This document shows, in pieces, positions 57,128 to 64,000 of a stretch of DNA of 64,000 nucleotides. Positions within the stretch are counted from its first letter, which is position 1. Each line of letters opens with the position of its first letter. The stretch is taken from NCBI GenBank assembly GCA_964474445.1, contig CAYYSJ010000003.1:17597-81596 (forward strand), in the 5' to 3' direction. The translations under genes and the position numbers were made by a program. This DNA is from an uncultured Gammaproteobacteria bacterium. Its GTDB lineage: Bacteria; Patescibacteriota; Microgenomatia; Levybacterales; UBA12049. Under the pieces are notes generated by a model that was not told the DNA's origin, did no database searches, and worked only from the letters and a program-made list of their open reading frames with translations.

Positions 57128-58153
57128 TTATTTCTCTCTTTCAATAACAAAATCTGTAAATTCACTGAAAATTTTTTGATATGTTTTATTTTTTGTTAAA
57201 AGTGGAACCATATTTTTCGCTTTTTCTGCGTAGTCTTTTGCCTTTTCTTGAGAATAAGTAAGTGATCCAGTCTCAATAAAGATATTTTTTATTGTTGCAA
57301 ACTCTTTTGCTGTAAGATGCTTTTTTCCATATAATTTCTGGAGTACAATTTTTTGTTCGTTTGTCCCATATTTTAATGCATGGGTAATAAGCAGAGTATT
57401 TTTATTTTCAGAAATATCTGATGTTACTGACTTTCCCAGTTCTTTTTCACTACCAAACACACCAAGAATGTCGTCATGAATCTGAAAAGCTATCCCGAGG
57501 TACTCTCCGAAACGTTTAAGTTGTTCGACCATCTTCTTATTAGCCCCTCCAAGAAGTGCGCCGAGCATTAAAGGACCAGAGATACTATAGTATGCAGTTT
57601 TCAGTGTGTGAATTGCTAACACATCTTTTTCTTTTCTTGAGTATGTACCGTTTGTTAAAGAATTTGTGGAAAGTGTCACATCAAGCATCTCTCCAGAGAT
57701 AGTATTCATGACAATGTCTGAGAGAAGGGTAGTGGCTTGTGTTTTCTTTTCTGAAGAAAAATTGCTTTCATTCATGATTTTTATAGTTACAAAAAATCCC
57801 ATGTCACTCAGACAAAGTGCTTGGTTGATTCCGATCTGTTTCCACACACTTGGTTTGCTTCTTCGAAGGGGGCTTTGATCAATAACATCATCAAGAGTTA
57901 ATAAAGATGTATGCAATATCTCATACGCAGCAGCAATAGGAAGCACTTCGTTATTCTCCTTTGCTGTAGTAATCATATAGCCTAAGAGAATAAGGTTTCC
58001 TCGAATATATTTCCCACCGTTGAAACTGTCACGAAGTACACTATAAGATTTTTTGAGGTGTAGGTTATTCGTTTGCGGTAGCTTTTTTAAAAGCATAGAA
58101 ATAGTTTCTTGTATTTTTTGTGTAGAGGCTTTTTGATACGAGTGGAAATCCAT
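57128..58153 (-). CDS. Polyprenyl diphosphate synthase (trans-isoprenyl diphosphate synthase)
   Basis: Both DDxxD motifs are present (LTLDDVIDQ and FQIHDDILG). Confidence 0.85.
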   Translation of the reverse strand: MDFHSYQKASTQKIQETISMLLKKLPQTNNLHLKKSYSVLRDSFNGGKYIRGNLILLGYMITTAKENNEVLPIAAAYEILHTSLLTLDDVIDQSPLRRSKPSVWKQIGINQALCLSDMGFFVTIKIMNESNFSSEKKTQATTLLSDIVMNTISGEMLDVTLSTNSLTNGTYSRKEKDVLAIHTLKTAYYSISGPLMLGALLGGANKKMVEQLKRFGEYLGIAFQIHDDILGVFGSEKELGKSVTSDISENKNTLLITHALKYGTNEQKIVLQKLYGKKHLTAKEFATIKNIFIETGSLTYSQEKAKDYAEKAKNMVPLLTKNKTYQKIFSEFTDFVIEREK

Positions 58154-58218
58154 GCCAAGACTATAGCAGAAATAATAACTGTTTCACAATGATGGAATGT
58201 CGTTTCCTTTGGATGACC

Positions 58219-59871
58219 TTACCAATTCGTTCTAATATGGTCGAGGGCATATTGGAGATTTGCTCCAACTTTCTTTCGTGGATTAAAGATCTTGTGTGGG
58301 TCAAAGATGTTCTTTGTTTTTTCAAAGAGCTCAACTACTTTTTTGCCATACATTGTTTCTAAGTATGGTGAGCGGATAAGCCCATCGTTATGTTCGCCAG
58401 TAATAGATCCATTATATTTTGAAACAATTGCGTAAACTTGGTCTGAAATCTCTGGGATTGCTTTTCTCACTTTTGGATTTTGAATATCAACAAGAGGAAT
58501 AATGTGGAAATTGCCATCTCCTACATGTCCTGCGACAGTGAAAATAAATTCGGGGTGTTTTTTAAGAATCCCAGTAACTTGTGGAATCACTTCTGCTATG
58601 TGACGTGGTTGAATGACGAAATCATCAATAAATGGAGCAGTATGTTTATTTCTAATTTTATTACGAAGCAAATTAAAGCTTTCGCGTCTAACTAACCAAT
58701 ATTTCTTCTCCTGGTCATCAATTGCAATTGTAGTTTGAGGGTGCAATGGCTTTAATTTTTCTCTGAGTGATGCAATTTTTTGTTTCAGCTCTTCTGGGTC
58801 ATCACTTGCAAAATCAATCTGTAAAATAAGCTTGGGAAGTCTTCCAATAAGCATATCTAAAAACGCTGGCATAAATGCAAGTCCTGCTTGGATAAGTCCC
58901 CAAAATCCAAGTTGATGGATAAATTCTGGGAAGTATCTGAGTGCAAGCATAAGCGTGTTGTCATCATAACTTTCAAAGCTTTCTGGACTAAGAGGAAGAA
59001 CTGCATCAATAATTTGTCCCAAATGACTCATGTCTTGCAGATAAATAACTTCCATTTCATGGTGCTTTTTAACAGGGACAAGTTGTAAATCGGCTTCCAA
59101 CATAAGGCCGAGCGTCCCTTGCGCACCAACCCACAATTTAGTGAGATCAAAAATCTTTTTCTCAGGATCCCATACATTCCATAAAAAATAACCAGCAGAA
59201 TTTTTCGAGACAGGAGGTTTTGCTTTTTGCAGAAGATCCCAGTTTTCTGTGATGAGCTTATACATTTCTTTGTACATTTTCCCTTCGAAATCATTTTTCT
59301 CCATTTTCTTTTTGAGTTCACTTTCAGTAAGAGGTTTTAATTCATAGACATTCCCATCTGCTAAGACAACTTTTATGCGCTTCACATATCTTTCCGTTTT
59401 TCCATACTGAAGTGATTTTTCGCCACCTGAATTGTTATTCACAATGCCTCCTATTGCACACAGGCCACGAGAAGCAGGGTAGGAGGGGAAAATGAGGTTT
59501 TCTTTCAGTGTTTGAACTTCAAAATCTCGATAAAATTGACCAGGTTCTGCTGTTGCGACATCTCCTTTAATAACTGCTGGATGATTGAAATATTTGCCAA
59601 AAGCAACAGTAATACTTTCATTGATTGAGCCACCTCCCATGTCTGTTCCTGCGGCACGACCGGTGAGAGAAAGAGATTCATCTTCTTTTTTATGGTCGTT
59701 GACAAATTTCACCAAATTTTGGACATCTTCAGCATCTTTTGGAAAAACAACAACCTGAGGTTTTACTTCAAAAAGACTTGCATCATGACTATATGTGGTA
59801 AGAGTTGCATCATCTGTTGCAATGTCGCCTTTAATTTTTTGTTTTAATGCATCAAGAAGGGCAGAGTTCAT
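58219..59871 (-). CDS. FAD-linked oxidase (PCMH-type FAD-binding domain)
   Basis: N-terminal FAD-binding pattern (VVVFPKDAEDVQNLVKFVNDHK...GRAAGTDMGGGS) and 550 aa. Confidence 0.7.
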   Translation of the reverse strand: MNSALLDALKQKIKGDIATDDATLTTYSHDASLFEVKPQVVVFPKDAEDVQNLVKFVNDHKKEDESLSLTGRAAGTDMGGGSINESITVAFGKYFNHPAVIKGDVATAEPGQFYRDFEVQTLKENLIFPSYPASRGLCAIGGIVNNNSGGEKSLQYGKTERYVKRIKVVLADGNVYELKPLTESELKKKMEKNDFEGKMYKEMYKLITENWDLLQKAKPPVSKNSAGYFLWNVWDPEKKIFDLTKLWVGAQGTLGLMLEADLQLVPVKKHHEMEVIYLQDMSHLGQIIDAVLPLSPESFESYDDNTLMLALRYFPEFIHQLGFWGLIQAGLAFMPAFLDMLIGRLPKLILQIDFASDDPEELKQKIASLREKLKPLHPQTTIAIDDQEKKYWLVRRESFNLLRNKIRNKHTAPFIDDFVIQPRHIAEVIPQVTGILKKHPEFIFTVAGHVGDGNFHIIPLVDIQNPKVRKAIPEISDQVYAIVSKYNGSITGEHNDGLIRSPYLETMYGKKVVELFEKTKNIFDPHKIFNPRKKVGANLQYALDHIRTNW

Positions 59872-59932
59872 AGTGCTATTACTCTTTTAGTATAGGCATA
59901 CTTTTGTTTGCTTAGCAAGAGAACAAAAAGAT

Positions 59933-60625
59933 ATGTGTGTATCGTCTCCTTCTTTTGCTATACTTTTCTCTATGAATAAGCAAGCACTTCTCAAGCGTAC
60001 AACTGACTTTGTTAAAAAGAAGCTGCAGCATGAAGCAACAGGTCATGATTGGTTTCATATGAGGCGAGTCGTTGATATGGCAAAAAATATTGCACGAAGA
60101 GAAGAGTCAGGAAATGTGTTTATTATAGAACTTGCCGCTTTGTTACATGATGTTGCTGATTGGAAAGTGCGGGATGAAGAAATATCAGAAGAAGAGTTGC
60201 TTCAAAGAATTATGAAACAATTGGAATTTCCGGAGGAAGTTGCGAATGATGTTTTACCTATCATCCTCAATATGTCCTACAGCAAACAGTTAGATGGTAA
60301 AAAATCATTAAGCAAAGAAGGGGAAATTGTACAAGATGCAGATAGGCTTGATGCATTAGGAGCAATCGGCATTGCTCGTGCATTTGCTTATGGTGGTAAA
60401 AAGGGAAGAGGGTTATATAATCCATCTATTCATCCAAGACAGTTCACCTCAACACGTGCATATCGTAGCGCAGAGGGAACCACAATAAATCATTTCTACG
60501 AAAAGTTATTGCTACTCAAAAACTTACTGAATACGAAAACAGCAAAAAGGATTGCGCGAAATCGTGAGAAATTTATGAAGCAATTTTTGAATGAATTTTA
60601 TCAAGAGTGGGAAGGGAAGAAATAG
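59933..60625 (+). CDS. HD-domain phosphohydrolase
   Basis: H...HD motif (HDWFHMRRV ... LLHDVADWK). Confidence 0.7.
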   Translation: MCVSSPSFAILFSMNKQALLKRTTDFVKKKLQHEATGHDWFHMRRVVDMAKNIARREESGNVFIIELAALLHDVADWKVRDEEISEEELLQRIMKQLEFPEEVANDVLPIILNMSYSKQLDGKKSLSKEGEIVQDADRLDALGAIGIARAFAYGGKKGRGLYNPSIHPRQFTSTRAYRSAEGTTINHFYEKLLLLKNLLNTKTAKRIARNREKFMKQFLNEFYQEWEGKK

Positions 60626-60628
60626 CTC

Positions 60629-61621
60629 TTATTTTTTTCTAGCAATAACTCTTTTGACAGCTTCTTTAATTGCAGGAGTGTCCATGCCATATTTTTGTAA
60701 CAGTTCTTTTGGACTTCCTGACTCAGCAAATGTATTTTGCAGGCCAACAAATTCTTGTGGAAGAGGAGTAGTTTTTGCCAACTCTTCTGCAATTGCTCCT
60801 CCTAATCCACCCATCACTTGGTGATCTTCAACAGTCACCACTGCTTGTGAGTGCTCCGTAAACTTGAGAAGTCCTTCACGATCGAGTGGTTTAATAGTAG
60901 GAGTGTTGACAACCAAAACGTTTATGCCTTCTTCTTCGAGCTCTTTTGCTGCGACCAATGCGTAGTAAAGCATATATCCCATGGCAAAAATGGTTACCTG
61001 TGGATTATCACTTACCCAAAAGTCATACATTTTTCCAACCTCAAAGGGTGTTTCCTCAGTTGTCATAATTGGGGTTTTATCTCTTGTGTAGCGAAGATAT
61101 ACTGGTCCGTCTGTTTGTGCTGATGCGATTGTTGTTTTTTTTGCCTCGATACTATCACAAGGCACCATGATCTCAATATTCGGCCAACATCGTGTTATTG
61201 CAATATCTTCAGTTGCTTGATGTGTTGCACCATCAGGCCCTGTCATAACTCCTGCATGATGTCCTGCAATTTTGACATTTGCATGGTTATAGATACATGT
61301 TGTACGAATTGTTTCCCAATTCTTCCCAGGGGAGAAGGTTGCATAGGACGAGATAAACGCAATTTTTCCTGAAACACCAAGTCCTGCCCCGATAGCAGCC
61401 ATATTTTGTTCACCAATACCCGTTTCGAAAAATCTTTCTGGAAATTTCTCTGCAAATTTATGTGCATGAGTTGATTCTGCAAGATCTGCTGATAATGCAA
61501 CAACCTGAGGATTTTTCTCTCCCAGCTCCAACAGTCCTACTCCAAAACCAGCACGTGTTGGTGCAACTTCTGCATCTTTATCAAAGAGTTTTTCGTTTAA
61601 TTTCAAATGAGGATTTAACAT
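60629..61621 (-). CDS. tkt: Transketolase, C-terminal (pyrimidine-binding plus C-terminal domain) subunit
   Basis: Split-transketolase layout. Motifs match the second half of transketolase (GPDGATHQATEDIAI, GHHAG). Confidence 0.85.
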   Translation of the reverse strand: MLNPHLKLNEKLFDKDAEVAPTRAGFGVGLLELGEKNPQVVALSADLAESTHAHKFAEKFPERFFETGIGEQNMAAIGAGLGVSGKIAFISSYATFSPGKNWETIRTTCIYNHANVKIAGHHAGVMTGPDGATHQATEDIAITRCWPNIEIMVPCDSIEAKKTTIASAQTDGPVYLRYTRDKTPIMTTEETPFEVGKMYDFWVSDNPQVTIFAMGYMLYYALVAAKELEEEGINVLVVNTPTIKPLDREGLLKFTEHSQAVVTVEDHQVMGGLGGAIAEELAKTTPLPQEFVGLQNTFAESGSPKELLQKYGMDTPAIKEAVKRVIARKK

Positions 61622-61628
61622 AGTCTTT

Positions 61629-62525
61629 TTATGCTTGGTGTTCGCTTTGTATCCTTCCTTTGAGCGTTCTTAATTCATCAAGTGCAGCTTTCCCTTGTTG
61701 TCCTTTTGGTGGCGCTCCTGTCACATCTTGAATATCTGGAGGCATACCGTGCCACCTGAAATCTTTCTCCATAAAATCAACACCTTTTCCAGCAATTGTA
61801 TGTGCGATGATAACAGTTGGTTTTTCATAAATAGCTTGTGCTTCCGAAACTGCATCAACAAAGGCGCGGATATTGTGTCCGTCAACCTCCAAAACCTCCC
61901 AGTTAAATGCTTCAAATTTTCTCCTGAGAGACTCAAGAGGCATGACATCTTCAGTAAAACCATCAATTTGAATATTATTTCTATCTACAACAACAGTGAG
62001 ATTATTGAGTTTACGTTTCCCAGCAAACATCACTGCTTCCCAAATATTTCCCTCATCTAATTCACCGTCTCCGGTAAGGACATAAGTATAGTAGTTTTTC
62101 TTATCTAATTTTGCCGCAAGTGCTATGCCAATGCCTTGGGAAAGTCCTTCACCTAAGGGGCCAGAGGTAGTTTCAAGACCAGCAAGAGCGGTGCGGTGGG
62201 GGTGTCCTTGAAGCCGTGAGTTAATTTTTCGAAGTGTTTTTAATTCTTCAATAGGAAAATATCCAGCCTGTGCCATTGAGACATATCGAATAGGGCAGAT
62301 ATGTCCATTGGAGAGGATCAGTCTATCTCTGTCTTCCCAGGTAGGATTTTTGGGGTCATGGCGCAAAATATGGAAGTAAAAGGCAGTGAAAATATCTGCC
62401 ATGTCCAATGGCCCTGCGGAATGTCCAGAACCTGCTTCAAGGAGTGTCTGGATTACCAGTTGTCTTGCCTCATTAGCTTTTAACTCAAGCTCTCGGAGCT
62501 TATCATCATGCAAAATATCTACCAT
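61629..62525 (-). CDS. tkt: Transketolase, N-terminal (TPP-binding) subunit
   Basis: GHSAGPLDMADI, the TPP motif GDGELDEGNIWEA, and its position immediately upstream of the C-terminal subunit. Confidence 0.85.
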   Translation of the reverse strand: MVDILHDDKLRELELKANEARQLVIQTLLEAGSGHSAGPLDMADIFTAFYFHILRHDPKNPTWEDRDRLILSNGHICPIRYVSMAQAGYFPIEELKTLRKINSRLQGHPHRTALAGLETTSGPLGEGLSQGIGIALAAKLDKKNYYTYVLTGDGELDEGNIWEAVMFAGKRKLNNLTVVVDRNNIQIDGFTEDVMPLESLRRKFEAFNWEVLEVDGHNIRAFVDAVSEAQAIYEKPTVIIAHTIAGKGVDFMEKDFRWHGMPPDIQDVTGAPPKGQQGKAALDELRTLKGRIQSEHQA

Positions 62526-62526
62526 A

Positions 62527-63819
62527 CTATCTTTTTATCACAATATACAGATCTGACACATTTGAATCTTGTCTTCCTGTTCGTATACCATCTCCAAGTC
62601 TTTCGAGTAATCCGTAACTGTTATCATCCTCTAAATATTCTTTTATATCAATACGCATTTCATCAATCTTCTTCTTGGTGTCCTTATCCACAAGTGCTCC
62701 TGCAAACCAATAAAAATCTTGTCCATCTGTACTAAATGAGACAAGCAGAGTTGAGTCATCAATAAAGGGAAGAGAATAGAGGGCGAGAGCCTGATTGCGT
62801 CCCCCTAAGCCTCTTCCAGTAATTTTTATCGTTGTTTCTCCACCTGCAAGTAAGATTTCTCCTGGTTTTGTCTCATGGATTAATGTTTCTCCCATTTCTC
62901 GTGCATCTCCTTGCAATCTATCAGTCCACATGCGGGCAGAGAAGCCAAATTCTTCGGCCTTTTTCTTCATGGCATCAATTGCAGTAAGATTGCTGAGCAT
63001 CAAAATATTATGAACTTTCTCAAAATACTTATCTTCTTTTGGTCTCTCAACCAAATCCTCTGTAGTGGGGAAGGAAAGGTTGTATTTTTGCAGAACTCCT
63101 ACTGCTTCTTCAATAGTTGTTTGATCTTTTACCAAGGGTGCAGAGGCAATAACAGATAAGTCGTTTCCAGGCACATCGGAGAAAATAAGATTGGTAATCG
63201 TTGCAGGATAGAGCAGTTTGGCCAATCCACCACCCTTTACTTCTGAGACGTGTTTTCGAATAGTATTCATTTCAGTGATTGTTGCGCCACAGTCAAGAAG
63301 TGCCTTGTTCATTTTTTGCATTTGTTCAAGGGTAAATGAAATTGGTTTTTCAAAGAGTGCTGAGCCACCGCCACAAGTAACAACCAATACAAAATCTTTT
63401 TCAGAGAGATTACTCAAATGCTGAATGACTGTTGCTGTATAGTCAAAATTTTCTTGAGAAGGAAGTGGATGGGTGCCTTTGGTGTATGCCACTTTTTTAA
63501 ATGGAGGGCTTTCAACAACATCGATATCAAATCCTTGTGTCAATTTGTCTCCTAATTTTTCTTCTATAATACTGCACATTCTTGCAGAACCTTTCCCATA
63601 TCCCACGAGGAAAACTCTATCAAAATTATTGAGGTCATATGTTTGATCTTGAATTTTTAACATATTGTTTTCAAAAGAGAAGCTGGTTTTAAAGACCTCG
63701 TGTGGAGTAATGGAGGAAAATGCTGCTTCAATAAGATCTAATGCAACTTTTCGAGTATCATTAGAATTCAGACTATCGTAATTTTTCACAAAACCCATAT
63801 CAGTGTAAGCATAGCACAT
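62527..63819 (-). CDS. Glycerate kinase, MOFRL family (glycerate 2-kinase / hydroxypyruvate reductase-like)
   Basis: Carries MOFRL motifs (VVTCGGGSALFE, LLAGGETTIKITGRGLGGRNQ). Confidence 0.65.
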   Translation of the reverse strand: MCYAYTDMGFVKNYDSLNSNDTRKVALDLIEAAFSSITPHEVFKTSFSFENNMLKIQDQTYDLNNFDRVFLVGYGKGSARMCSIIEEKLGDKLTQGFDIDVVESPPFKKVAYTKGTHPLPSQENFDYTATVIQHLSNLSEKDFVLVVTCGGGSALFEKPISFTLEQMQKMNKALLDCGATITEMNTIRKHVSEVKGGGLAKLLYPATITNLIFSDVPGNDLSVIASAPLVKDQTTIEEAVGVLQKYNLSFPTTEDLVERPKEDKYFEKVHNILMLSNLTAIDAMKKKAEEFGFSARMWTDRLQGDAREMGETLIHETKPGEILLAGGETTIKITGRGLGGRNQALALYSLPFIDDSTLLVSFSTDGQDFYWFAGALVDKDTKKKIDEMRIDIKEYLEDDNSYGLLERLGDGIRTGRQDSNVSDLYIVIKR

Positions 63820-64000
63820 AAAAATTCTCTTTCACAATGGGATATATGTATACCTTTTGTCTGAGGTTGTATTCAGTTTCTTGCTTTAGTTTTCAGGTTC
63901 TGGAGGGAGGAATTCTTCGCCACCACTATCATGGGTTTGGGGATATTCGCTCGGTTTTAGCCATTGAACATAGGTACAACCAGTTGCTTTTTTCGTTTTT

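Noticed and set aside
63820-64000. Possible truncated gene at the right window edge
   Set aside because: Only ~180 nt remain, with no clear frame or motif, so a call cannot be supported.

Overview
The window reads as a low-GC (~35-40% GC) bacterial chromosome segment with small-genome character. The core genes are recognisable and syntenic: glyA, rpsB-tsf-frr, rseP, the pentose-phosphate set pgl-zwf-gnd, serB-serC, a proS T-box leader followed by proS, rpsU-ybeY, dnaX-ybaB-prs-recR, nadD-nadE, cysS, a cytochrome bo3-type quinol oxidase operon cyoABCD with cyoE, a polyprenyl synthase, a split transketolase, a class I fructose-bisphosphate aldolase and a glycerate kinase. Between these sit several compositionally distinct islands of clearly higher GC (~45-52%) that encode proteins I cannot place in any family. 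The most striking is an ancient tandem duplication of a two-gene module (A2-B2-A1-B1, then a fifth gene C; 27.5-31.3 kb, minus strand) in which the inter-gene junctions are also conserved. A second island (36.1-40.5 kb) holds Arg-rich small proteins, one of them frameshifted, a calcineurin-like metallophosphoesterase and unknown proteins. Many of the island genes sit directly behind near-consensus TTGACA-17/18-TATAGT promoters with no, or only 6-14 nt of, 5' leader. Other notable elements are a T-box riboswitch with a proline specifier ahead of proS, a candidate leader-peptide attenuator ahead of serB-serC, and an 801-aa fusion of an ITPase (Ham1) domain with an IMPDH/GMP-reductase-like barrel. 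I saw no CRISPR array, transposase, integrase or rRNA/tRNA gene.
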